The notes under the pieces: model-generated
What the model was told of the DNA's origin: nothing
Seen by the model: only the letters and a program-made list of their open reading frames with translations
The model's database searches: none
Position numbers and translations under genes: made by a program
Shown here: positions 39,301 to 49,400 of the stretch, piece by piece
Numbering within the stretch: the first letter of the stretch is position 1
Layout of the letters: each line of letters starts with the position of its first letter
From: Verrucomicrobia bacterium UBA3841
GTDB lineage: Bacteria; Verrucomicrobiota; Kiritimatiellia; RFP12; UBA1067
DNA: 64,000 bases
NCBI GenBank assembly: GCA_002392765.1
Contig: DGHT01000022.1
Coordinates: 1,324-65,323, forward strand
Reading direction: 5' to 3'

Positions 39301-42300
39301 TTATTGCGCAGCGCCGGCGCCATGCTCCACATACCCGCGCTCGAAGTCGATGACCGTTGCGGGAAGGCCGTTGTCCCACTGGTGCCACCATGCGTCGAGA
39401 CGTCCAAGATAGAAGTCGGCGATCAGCCCGGACCACATCCTCGCCGCATAGTCGTTCGTCGGCGGTCCCCATACGGTGAGTATCCGCCTTGCGTTCTTCA
39501 CATAAATATCCGCAAGCGCCGGATCGCCCTCGGCGCAATCCCGCGCCATTGCGACCCATCTCTCCATGTTGAGCGTCGGATGGTTCCTGAGCCTCGCGTC
39601 AATGTCGAGAAGTCCCTCCCGTATCTGGCGCCGGAGCTCAAGCGCACGCTCCGTGTTCAGGGCTTCGCGTTCGCGCTGCTCTTCGTACATAAGCCTGTCG
39701 ATGCGGTATCCGTCGACCAGAGACGTGTATTCCGCAAGGTCGAAGCGGAAAAGCGGCGAAGCCGCAAGGACAGGGTCCTTCGCCGCTTCGCGCATCGCGG
39801 CCGCACCTTCCTCCCGCAACGCCATCTCATCGTCGGCGATCTCGCCCCACCAGGCGCTGCCGCCGGCGGACGGACGCTCCACCGGCTTCTTGCCGCCGGG
39901 ACCGGAACTCCAGTGCGGTTCCGCCGGACTCGACTGCCAGCGGAAGCGCGGATGGTCGTTGAACCTGGACCAAGGTCCGCGCAGAAACGCATCCCAGGCT
40001 CTCTCCAGCGCCGGGGAACATGCCCCGTACCGGCACAGAGACCATCGGCGGAACCAGTCGTGAAGATCGATCCTTGCCGCGCCCTCCGGCCGCCAATAGG
40101 AATCGTAGACAAGCTCGAACACCGGCTCCATGCACTCCACGCCCTCCGGCGCAGTGCCAAAGCCGACAAGATTGCCGCGATTGGACGATGCAAGCGCGCC
40201 GTCGCGACCGTTCGCGTAGAACTCAAGCGGCCCGGACCCGAAGTCGTTGGCGCCGCCCATGTTCGGGATCAGGCTCCATATCCATTCCTTTCCGCCGAAT
40301 CCCGCGAAACGGTCCCAGTTCCACTTGCCCTTGCCGTAGTGCCGCGTATAGTCGACCGCAAGGTCGAGGACAAGCATGGCGTCGTCCGGGATGTTCTCCG
40401 TAAAGGCCCTGTATCTGTCAGCGGTCCAGCAGTCCTCGAGGAACATCCAGCCCTGCACAGCCCACGTGGCGTCAGGGTTGGCGTCGCGGATTCCATCAAG
40501 TATGTTTTCCGCGCAGTGCGCAAGGCCCCTGCGAATATCCTGCTCGTCCGTCCAGGGGAACTTGAGTTCGTTGAAGCTGTCGGCGAGGTAGTACCTGGTC
40601 CTGCCGAACTCCTTCTCCCACTCCTCCACCCATACGCGAGCCATCTCCCTGAATATGGGCTGGTCGGGAGAAAGGAACCACGCATGGTTCGTGTCCCAGC
40701 GGACTTCCTTGAGCTTCACGTCAGTCCGCACTTCCCTCAGAGCCTCCGGAACGAACCCCGCGAAGCCGTGCACGACCGGCTCAATGCCAAGCTCGCGCAT
40801 CCGGGAGAGTACCGCATGCTGAAGTCTCACCGACCTCTCGCGCCACTGGCGCGGCAAACCGTCGGGATATCCGGAGAGGTTGCCCATCCTGAACCACGGC
40901 AGATGCGCGGGACCGACAAACCACTTCTCTATCTTCTCCTCCGGGACGCCAAAGCGCCTCAGCATGCGAAACGCAATCTCCTCGTCGGCGATCGTTGCAA
41001 GCGACATGTTTATGCCGTGCAGCGCCATCCAGTCCAGCTCCTCCATCCAGCGCTTCTCGCTCCAGAACGGCATGGAGTAGCCGAACGTCACAACGTTGAA
41101 AGCCTGAAAGTACCTGACGGGCGCCTCGACACGCACATCCGGCGAAGGCGCGAACGCGGCAGCCGCGTCGAAGCGCTTTCCGCTCCATGTCGCAATCGCG
41201 GCGTTCTTCGACTTCGCGTTGTCATAGAAGGCACGGCAGATCGCAGTTGGAGACGACCCGCGCAACGTCCACCCGCCGTCCGCGATCTCGTACACCTGCC
41301 GTCCCCCGGGGGCGCACGGAATATCCTCTATCCTGACCCTCGCGGCAACTTCCTCGCCGGCAAAGCGCGCGATGACGCCGCGCGACGGATGCGCCGCCGC
41401 ATTTTCAGCGGTCACCTCCAGCGAGGCCTTCAGGCGGATATCCTCGCTGCTGGAGCCGACAAGCACCTCGAACGTCCCTGGCTCAACGACCCACTTCAAA
41501 TTCGCATCGAGAAGCGCCAGATGGTGCGGCTCGAGGGCAAAGGATATCCGCCTTGTCTCCATCGGCTCCAGATGGACCTTTTCAAACCCGCGGAGCATGG
41601 AGTCCCACGTGACCACGCTCGACTCGACGTCCTTCACATACAGCTGCACGACCTCCGAGCCCGCCATCCATCCAGTGTTGGTGACGTCCAGCGAAACGAC
41701 GCGCCGCGTCGCCGCGTCGGCCACGCGGGGTTCCACGCTGATGTTCGAATAGGCGAAACGCGTATAGCTCAGCCCGTAACCGAACGGATACAGCGCCCCT
41801 TGTACGCGAGTATGCGCAAACTCGTCGGTCTGGCCGTTGTGCGAACTTTTCCGGAACGGAAAGTTCAGCTCGATCTGCCCGACCGTCTTCGGGAACGTCA
41901 CGTTCAGCCGTCCGCACGGATTCACCTCGCCGAACAAAGTGCGAGCGACGGCGACGCCGACCCTGCTTCCGCCGAACCACGTCTCAAGGATCGCCGCGAC
42001 GTTGCGCTCGGCCCAGTTGACGGTGACGGGCTGGCCGTTGACCAGGACAAGCACTACCGGCCTGCCCGTCGCATGCAGACGCTTCAGCAGCATTTCCTGC
42101 CGGCCGGGGAGGTCCAGCGACGTACGCGACCTGCACTCGCCGGTGATCTTCTCGCTCGTGCCGAGGACCGCCACCACCACGTCCGCGTCCGCCGCGGCCG
42201 CCACGGCCTCGTCCATCATCTCCATTTCGTCCCTGTCTGGCTCTGTCGGGACGATCTCGCTGTCCGGCCACGTCCTGTCGACCGTTTCGCAACCCTTCCT

Positions 42301-44937
42301 GTAGACAACTTCCGCATGCCCGTCCAGATATTCCCTGAGCCCGCGCAATATGCTGACGTCGTCGTTGTCCCGCGGTCCGTAGCGGCTCGTCATGTAGTCT
42401 GTCTCGTCCGCGAGCGGACCGGCGACCAGTATCTTTCCGACGCGGCTCCGGTCCAGCGGCAGCACGCCGGTGTTGCGCAGGAGCACCAGCGACTCCTCCT
42501 GGATCCGGTCGGCTGTCGTGGTCCGCGGCCCCGCCCCGTCTGCACTCGACTCCATGAACACCTGGAGCCGCGCGCCCCATTCGCGGCGAAACTGCCCTGG
42601 ACTGCTCTTCGGCAAGGCGCACTTGACGAGAAGGTAGTTGTAACCCTTCGTCACCTTGTGCCGGAACCACTCCGGCGCCATCAGCATGCCTTCCGTCCAA
42701 GGGAGGCCGCGATAGACCTCCTTGTCTCCGATGAACGCCTGGAGCCGCGATGCACCTCCAAGCGCGAAAACCGCCTCGCCCGCCTCGTCGCTCCAGAAGC
42801 GGAACATCAGATACGCGAGCCGCCCGCGCTCGCTGCCGTAGACGTCGCGCAAGTCGAAGAACACTTCCGGCGTCCGCTGCGGAACTTTGTAGAGGTTGCG
42901 GTACTTCAAGTCGTCCCACCCTTCCGGCTCGAAGACCTGTTCCTCAATCGGCTTCGTCTCGTCGTAGGGATACGCCTCGCCGGACGTGTAGGCGGCGACG
43001 ACAGGCAGTTCGACGCGCTTGACCGTATCGGGGAAGCACGTAATGCGCCCAAGCGTCGTCGCATACGGTACCAGTTCGATCGCCGTTCTCCTTCCAGTCG
43101 GATGCACAAAGAGCGGCGGATCGGGCATGAAGCGGTTGAAGTCCGCTGTTCGCCACTCCTCGATTTCGCACACCGGCACCTTGAGCACCATCGCCGGGGA
43201 CTCGAACGGATAAGAGCTCTTCCTGAACTCGACCTTTAAATCGGCTTTCTTGAGCTCGTTCGTGTCAAAGGCATAGTTCCAGGGGCCGTTAGGCACAATC
43301 CTGAGCGCCCCAAACGCGTCGCCGGGCTCTTCTTCGACAACTTCGCTCGGCACGGCGTATGCGAAGGTAATCGGTCCGCGCTCAAACCAATGCCAGTTGC
43401 GTTCGCTCTTCAAGGCGACCTTCGTGGGAAGCGGAACGACGAACGTGTCACCGTCCTTCCATACGCGTTTTTCGACAAGGACCTTTCCCGCATCGGGCCG
43501 GTCGCACCACGACGGAACGCGGTACTTGAGCGGCATCTCGACGGTTCCGCCGCGATAGACGATTCTTGCTTCGTCGCCAAATGGATAGCCGCCGTCAAGC
43601 TCCTCCAGCGTGTACTTTACGCCGCGATATTCGCCGGAGAGCGTGGACGGACCGTAGACCATCTTGACCGGCGCGCCCGTCTCAGCGTCCTTGAGCCACA
43701 GACGCGCAACGTACGCGGGCATGGCGCGACCGATGTTGCCGGTGCAGCACTGCGGAAAGTGCGCCTTGCGGTACTGCCGCCAGGTGGATTCCGCATAGTT
43801 GAAGTGGGCGCTTTGCGAAAACGGCGTGCAAAACGCCTGGTTTACGGACGAGAGATACTGGTGGCGCCTGAAGTCTTTGGTGCAGCTTCCCGGAAGCGCA
43901 TTGTAGACGATCCGCTCCATGCGGTCAGCCGCCGCGACGCTCCCCTCCGCCATCAGATAGTAGCCAAGCGCCCATGTCATGTCGGCAGCGAGACATGTTT
44001 CGTGCCCCTGCCTCGGATCGCGTCCGGAAAGAAACTCGTTGCCCGAAATCTGTCCATCCGCCTGTTCATTGACGGCAAAGACATCCTCCATAGCGCACCG
44101 GCCTTTTTCAAGAAGCGCCTTGTCGCCGGTGTAGAGGTAGAGCAGCGCGGGGATTTTAAGCGATTCGCAAAAGGAAACGCCGTGGTCGTGGATGCGCCGC
44201 TCGTTGCCGAACTCGCGGCAGTAGCGCGTCCCCCTGTAGGAGGCGAGCGCGTCCTCGAGAAGAGACTTGTCGCCCGTCCGCTCGTATATCTTGCACATTC
44301 CCTCGGCGGCAAGCATGTCGCGTCCGTCCCACTTCGCACGGTCGGCCTTGTGCGCGGCAAAATGCCGCGCAAACGCTTTTGTCACCTCGGCCTCGCGCCC
44401 TGTCGCCTCTCCCCACGCCCAAATCGCGCGGAAAAACACGACAAGCGGCCATTGCGTCCCCGAGTTTGAAAGCGGCGTGAAGATGTCGCCGTCATTCGCA
44501 GGATGGGCAAGAACCCACTCGAAGGACCTGGCCGCATCCTCCATCAGCGCAGGAGCGTCTGCAAGCGCGGCGACGCGGACCATGCCGTCCAGCAGGTATG
44601 CGCTCTGCTCGAAAGGCCACCACGAACCGCTCGCCCAGAAATCCTCCTTCGTGCCTTCCTTTTTCTGGTCGCTGCCGTTGTAGACGCCCTCGGTGAAGTA
44701 TATTTCCTCCATCCGTCCTTCCCAAAGGGATCCGTCGAACGGATAGCCAAGCTTCTCGCGGTGGCCGGTCAAGCCATCCGCCTGACGGCGCAGAAACTCC
44801 AGCAAATACCCGGTTGGCTTAACTTCGCCGGTCTTCGCCTCGCGACACACGCCGTAGTAAGGCACCTCGGCTGCGGCAGCTTCAAGACAGCAGATCGCAC
44901 ACAGCGTCGCAAGGCTTGCTATGCACATGGTTCTCAT
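39301..44937 (-). CDS. Secreted tri-modular glycosidase: GH127-like (DUF1680) + GH3 C-terminal/Fn3-like + GH89 alpha-N-acetylglucosaminidase
   Basis: Start MRTMCIASLATLC (signal peptide) at 44937, overlapping the upstream stop. HETCLAADM and FPQCCTGNIGR (GH127 Cys/Glu site). LVLLRN..ITGECRSRTSLDLPGRQ..GYGLSYT (GH3-C plus Fn3-like). WMALHGINM..VGPAHLPWFRMGNL..HGFAGFVP (GH89). One uninterrupted frame. Confidence 0.75.
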   Translation of the reverse strand: MRTMCIASLATLCAICCLEAAAAEVPYYGVCREAKTGEVKPTGYLLEFLRRQADGLTGHREKLGYPFDGSLWEGRMEEIYFTEGVYNGSDQKKEGTKEDFWASGSWWPFEQSAYLLDGMVRVAALADAPALMEDAARSFEWVLAHPANDGDIFTPLSNSGTQWPLVVFFRAIWAWGEATGREAEVTKAFARHFAAHKADRAKWDGRDMLAAEGMCKIYERTGDKSLLEDALASYRGTRYCREFGNERRIHDHGVSFCESLKIPALLYLYTGDKALLEKGRCAMEDVFAVNEQADGQISGNEFLSGRDPRQGHETCLAADMTWALGYYLMAEGSVAAADRMERIVYNALPGSCTKDFRRHQYLSSVNQAFCTPFSQSAHFNYAESTWRQYRKAHFPQCCTGNIGRAMPAYVARLWLKDAETGAPVKMVYGPSTLSGEYRGVKYTLEELDGGYPFGDEARIVYRGGTVEMPLKYRVPSWCDRPDAGKVLVEKRVWKDGDTFVVPLPTKVALKSERNWHWFERGPITFAYAVPSEVVEEEPGDAFGALRIVPNGPWNYAFDTNELKKADLKVEFRKSSYPFESPAMVLKVPVCEIEEWRTADFNRFMPDPPLFVHPTGRRTAIELVPYATTLGRITCFPDTVKRVELPVVAAYTSGEAYPYDETKPIEEQVFEPEGWDDLKYRNLYKVPQRTPEVFFDLRDVYGSERGRLAYLMFRFWSDEAGEAVFALGGASRLQAFIGDKEVYRGLPWTEGMLMAPEWFRHKVTKGYNYLLVKCALPKSSPGQFRREWGARLQVFMESSADGAGPRTTTADRIQEESLVLLRNTGVLPLDRSRVGKILVAGPLADETDYMTSRYGPRDNDDVSILRGLREYLDGHAEVVYRKGCETVDRTWPDSEIVPTEPDRDEMEMMDEAVAAAADADVVVAVLGTSEKITGECRSRTSLDLPGRQEMLLKRLHATGRPVVLVLVNGQPVTVNWAERNVAAILETWFGGSRVGVAVARTLFGEVNPCGRLNVTFPKTVGQIELNFPFRKSSHNGQTDEFAHTRVQGALYPFGYGLSYTRFAYSNISVEPRVADAATRRVVSLDVTNTGWMAGSEVVQLYVKDVESSVVTWDSMLRGFEKVHLEPMETRRISFALEPHHLALLDANLKWVVEPGTFEVLVGSSSEDIRLKASLEVTAENAAAHPSRGVIARFAGEEVAARVRIEDIPCAPGGRQVYEIADGGWTLRGSSPTAICRAFYDNAKSKNAAIATWSGKRFDAAAAFAPSPDVRVEAPVRYFQAFNVVTFGYSMPFWSEKRWMEELDWMALHGINMSLATIADEEIAFRMLRRFGVPEEKIEKWFVGPAHLPWFRMGNLSGYPDGLPRQWRERSVRLQHAVLSRMRELGIEPVVHGFAGFVPEALREVRTDVKLKEVRWDTNHAWFLSPDQPIFREMARVWVEEWEKEFGRTRYYLADSFNELKFPWTDEQDIRRGLAHCAENILDGIRDANPDATWAVQGWMFLEDCWTADRYRAFTENIPDDAMLVLDLAVDYTRHYGKGKWNWDRFAGFGGKEWIWSLIPNMGGANDFGSGPLEFYANGRDGALASSNRGNLVGFGTAPEGVECMEPVFELVYDSYWRPEGAARIDLHDWFRRWSLCRYGACSPALERAWDAFLRGPWSRFNDHPRFRWQSSPAEPHWSSGPGGKKPVERPSAGGSAWWGEIADDEMALREEGAAAMREAAKDPVLAASPLFRFDLAEYTSLVDGYRIDRLMYEEQREREALNTERALELRRQIREGLLDIDARLRNHPTLNMERWVAMARDCAEGDPALADIYVKNARRILTVWGPPTNDYAARMWSGLIADFYLGRLDAWWHQWDNGLPATVIDFERGYVEHGAGAAQ

Positions 44938-46259
44938 TTTGTCCCTCCTGTCATGAAGTATGCGAGCATGATGCGGCCGATAATCTGCTTGCCGAGCTCG
45001 CCGGAATGGACGAAGTCGCGGCTGTAGTATTGGTTGGGCAGCCCCGAACCGTAAAGCCACGTGTAGCAAGGCAAGAACTCGTCCCACCACTGCATCCTGT
45101 TCGCCGCGCAGAGTTTCTTCAGCGCTCCGTATTCCGTCTCCATCTCGCGCATTCTGAACTGCGACGGGCCGAACGGCATCTTCGGGAGCGGCGCATCCAG
45201 GTTGTCGTCGTCGTACGGACGCGTATCGACGGAAAGCGGCGAATTGACGAGCAGGACTTCGCAACCGAGACGTTCGCGGGCAACCTTCGCTACGCGCACC
45301 ATCGCGTCCGCGCCGGTCGGACCAACATCCTTCCCGCCTTTCTCGTCGTGCTTCCTGTTGTTGGAGATACCGCCGATTATCAGGATGTCTGGCTTGTGGT
45401 CTACAACATACGGATAGAAGTTCTCGGCGAGAATGTAATGCCAGCAGCCCGTTCCGCCGCGCATGGAGAGAATCCACTCGACGTTCGACTGCGGGAATTC
45501 GCGCTTGACGAGCGCGTGGAACTGCGAGTGGAACGTATCCTGTATGATCGAATCGCCGAGCATCACGACGCGCCACGGCTTGCCGGTCTTGAGCGCATCC
45601 ATCGTGCGCGGCAGAAGCGCAGTCCAGTCGCCTTCGGGCGCGAAGTCGAGCGGCGCTTTCGCTGCGATCTCGCCGTAGATGCGGTCGGCATACTCCGCCG
45701 CGTCCTCCCATGTCGCCGTTTCGATCTTGACGTTGGAAACCTCAAGCGTACACCTGTCGCCCTTCTTCTCGTTCATGGCCCACGGCTTCTGGAAAAAGAG
45801 TTCGAAGGAATCCACCTCGTCCCATGCGTACAAAACGCGCTCGTAATGCCTCGCCGCATCCACCGCAGGATACATCGTGTCGTAGCAGTCGGGCAGAACC
45901 TTGCCGTTCCTGTCGTAGAAGAACACCCCCTGGTTGCAGCGCTGCGGTCTGCCGCCCGGAGTGCCGGACATGAACTCGTACTTCGCATCGAACGAGAACT
46001 TGAAGTAAACGCCCTTGCCTGGCTCCTTGTGCGGAAGACGCAGCTTCTTCGTAGTAAGCCGGCCCTTCGCGCCCTCCGTCATCTCGATCTGCTCGAACTT
46101 CGCGCAGACGCGGTCGTTGTCCGTGAACGTGACGTTCCCAAACCTGAAGCCGGGCGTCCTGTCGGTTACGACGCCCTTCGCCTCGAATATCGTCCCGGCG
46201 TTCGCCGTGACAGCGGCGGCGAATACCGCCGCCAGGATTGTTCCGTACAGCATTCTCAT
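44934..46259 (-). CDS. SGNH/GDSL-family carbohydrate esterase with N-terminal beta-sandwich-like domain
   Basis: VVMLGDSI, IIGGISNN and DFVHSGE blocks. Signal peptide MRMLYGTILAAVFAAAVTANA. GGAAAGGAGG RBS. Confidence 0.7.
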   Translation of the reverse strand: MRMLYGTILAAVFAAAVTANAGTIFEAKGVVTDRTPGFRFGNVTFTDNDRVCAKFEQIEMTEGAKGRLTTKKLRLPHKEPGKGVYFKFSFDAKYEFMSGTPGGRPQRCNQGVFFYDRNGKVLPDCYDTMYPAVDAARHYERVLYAWDEVDSFELFFQKPWAMNEKKGDRCTLEVSNVKIETATWEDAAEYADRIYGEIAAKAPLDFAPEGDWTALLPRTMDALKTGKPWRVVMLGDSIIQDTFHSQFHALVKREFPQSNVEWILSMRGGTGCWHYILAENFYPYVVDHKPDILIIGGISNNRKHDEKGGKDVGPTGADAMVRVAKVARERLGCEVLLVNSPLSVDTRPYDDDNLDAPLPKMPFGPSQFRMREMETEYGALKKLCAANRMQWWDEFLPCYTWLYGSGLPNQYYSRDFVHSGELGKQIIGRIMLAYFMTGGTK

Positions 46260-46478
46260 TTTCGCCTCCTTTCCAACTTTCAACTACAGATCCCTTAGGC
46301 TAGAATATGCAAGCGCGCCGCATGCCGAGACAAAGCCTCGCCGTGTCAGCCCGCATCCCCTATTCAAACCCTCCCGTGTTTTCATCTTTATCCCTCAATT
46401 CCTGGCGCTGAACAGACACGCGCCGCCGAGACTCTTTCTGTCAAAGGCGTCTCACCACGCAATTTCAATACTGCTGTA

Positions 46479-49400
46479 TCAATAAGCTCTTCTCTCTGCG
46501 GACTGCAACCATGGAGCATCGTTTTCCGGACGCGGACCCGCGAGCGAGGCGTCCCACTCCTTGAAACCGAGCTTGAGCGCGGGCGAATCCGGCTTCAGAC
46601 GGAAATCTCCGTTCCTTGCATCGACGAAGAGCGGATCCGCCACGACGTCGCCGTATGCCCTGCCGGACGCGAGGAACCCCTCGGCGGAGCGTCCGTCGAA
46701 GTCGTCCGCCTCCGTGCCGCCCTCCTTCCACCATACGTTATGCGCCCATACGCCGTCCACCGACATAGAGCCGCGGCAAGCGAGAGGCCCCTTGTGGGTG
46801 TAGAATATATTTCCGGTGACATGCACCTGGGACGGCACCCCGAACGCCTCCCGCCTCTGCGTCGAGAGGCATCCGCGGGCATCGTTGTATGCGACGATGT
46901 TGTTGCGGAAGACGCAGCCGCTGCCAAAGTGCTGGTTGATGCCGCCGAACTCGGTGTGCGAGACGATGTTGTTCTCGAACACGATGCCCTCGGAGCCTTC
47001 GTCCGCGTAAAGCCCCCACGCCGCCGTGTCGTAGCCGAACACTTCGGAGATCACGTTGTTGGAGACAACCGTACCGAAGCTCGTCGCAAGGGTGTATATC
47101 CCTCCCATGTCGGAGAGCTCGTGCTGGCCAAGGCGCGAAATGCGGTTGAATGCAATGACATTGCGCTGCGCCGTGCTGCCTTCGTAGCCCCACGTGTAGC
47201 CGACTGTAACGCCCGAATAGTACCAGTCGTCGATTTCATTGTGCTCTATGCGGCAGTCTGAGGCGTGCGTCACGAACACCGCCGTTCCCTCCGGGTTGAA
47301 GCGCCCGCCATGCCGGAGCCGGCAGTCCTCTACTACGTTGAACGCGCACGAGGCTGGCTCTGTCGGCGCAAGGATGGCGCGCTTCAGCACCCCTCCCGGA
47401 GGATGCATCTTCTCCGATCCTATCCAGACGCCGCCGGCACCGGTGTCCCAAGTCTCGCATCGCCGCAGCGCCACGTTCCGGCATCCGTCCGCGATACGGA
47501 AGGCGTAGTTCCCTGTCCTCGCCACGCGGCAGCGGACAAACTCAACTCGCTCGGCGTAGCGAAGCTCGACCGTGGCGTCGTAGGTAGCGGCAGACTGGCA
47601 GCGGTAGGTCTGGTTGTTCCTTCGAGGATCGTCGGCAATCCCTCCCTGCGGCGCATCGGCGTACTCGAATGAAAAGCCCTCGAAACACAGGTCGCGGACT
47701 CCGTCCGCAGTCAGGAGCTTCGACAGCCTGTTCGCCGGCGCGACGGCCCTGAGAGACTCGGCCGCCTCGCCTTCCCGAAGCCGGTACAGCACTTTGCCCG
47801 CCTTTGCGTCGTAGAACCACTCGCCCGGTTCCGTAAACGCCGCGCGGAGATTCTCGAACCGAACCGCAGACCGCTCGCACCAGCGGTTCTTCGTCGCCCG
47901 CGACCTGCCTCCGAACGCCTCGGTCAGAACCTCGCGCTTCGAGCGGTCCCAGCCGACGACCCGGCGGCGGTCCTGCGTCCAGTCCATCCTGACCTGCATC
48001 TGCACATACGGCAGGTCGTCCGCGTCGACCTCGTCCAGCACTGCGGCCGCATCCGGGCCAAGGCGCGTGAACTCCCGCGCATAAGTCACGTCTCCGTTTG
48101 CGTTCGTCGAAACAAGCTCGTAGCGGCTGTCATCCTCGCCGCCGGGGATTCTGAACGATCCCCGGTTCTTCGGCAGCACGGAACGAGAGACCCGCTCGCC
48201 GTTCACGAACAGCATGTCGAGCGCAAGGAATTTCCCGTCAGCATTCCTAGGGATAGGCGCAGAGACGACGCCCTTCCCCTCGTTCTTCCACGGCCCGATG
48301 TCGACGCCGCCGCGGATTGTCACGCCTTCGCCCTTCCAGACGACCAGAGCACCGGGACGACCGGAATCTTCCGCGCCGAATGACAGCGCCTCGTCAAGAC
48401 GGATTTCGCCCGCCGGGACGACCACCGTCCACGGCTCGTTCGGCTGCGCGGCCTTCAGCCTACGGACCTCGGTCTGCGCCTCCCTGAAGCCCGAGGCGCC
48501 CGCCTTCGAGTACACGACACCGCCGAAATCATACCGCGCAGGTCCAAGCCCCTCAGCCTCGGCGGTCAGCGTGATCACGCCCTCGCCGGTGCGACGCACT
48601 ACGACAAGAGCCTTGCCGAAACGGAGCGGAAACGCGGCGAAGTCACGGAACGAAGTCGAACCGTGTTCGTCTGAATTGCCGACTGCGACCAGTTCGCCCT
48701 GGCCTGACACCGAGAACCTCACCTTAGGCTCGGCAAACGGATCGCGCGTTCCATGCGCGTCGACGACGTCGACCTGTATGAAGCGGAGCGCCGACGGGTC
48801 GTCCGGCTGGAACGGATCGGCCGACAGCTTCAGCGCAACCGGAGAACCGCATGTACGAATCGTTTCCTCTGCGATCCTCTTCCCGGCCTTGTAGGCGACG
48901 GCCTTCAGCTCGCCGGGCTCGTAAGGTACGGAGTCCCAGCGGAGGCGATAACGGTCGCACACGTCGTAGTACGCAGTCACGAGCTGGTTCGAGACGGACG
49001 GCGTCATCTGATGCGGCAGAAGCCATCCCTTCCCTGGCTCATTGGGGTACGCGAGGTCGAGAGGATAGTCCGTGCGCGTCGATTTGGCCCTGCGTTCGAG
49101 GGAACGTCCGTTGAGGAACAGCTCCGCCTCGTCGCCGTTAGTGTAGAGATAAACGGGAATACGTTCGCCGGCACCAAAGTTCCAGTGTCCCGGCACAATA
49201 TGGCAGGTGGTCTCGTCGGGGAGCCAGTGCGAACGGTAGAGCCAGAAGCGGTCTTTCGGGATAACGCAGAGGTCGCACACGCCGAAGTAGCTCGACCGCG
49301 CCGAGTCGTGCGGAGTCGGCTCCCCGAGGTAGTCGATGCCCGTCCATACGAACTCCCCGCCGCAGTAGCGGTCGCGCTCCATCCGCCAGAACTCGTAGTC

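Noticed and set aside
39238-43239. 1333-aa ORF on the plus strand (the longest plus-strand ORF in the track)
   Set aside because: It is antisense to the GH127/GH3C/GH89 gene, which has clear catalytic motifs. Its translation is R/P/A/L-rich with no motifs. This is the typical shadow ORF of a high-GC gene.
44938-45711. N-terminal 258-aa extension of the 2136-aa track ORF 39301..45711
   Set aside because: The extension is R-rich and fully overlaps the SGNH esterase gene in another frame. A signal-peptide start (MRTMCIASLA) at 44937 overlaps the esterase stop (ATGA).
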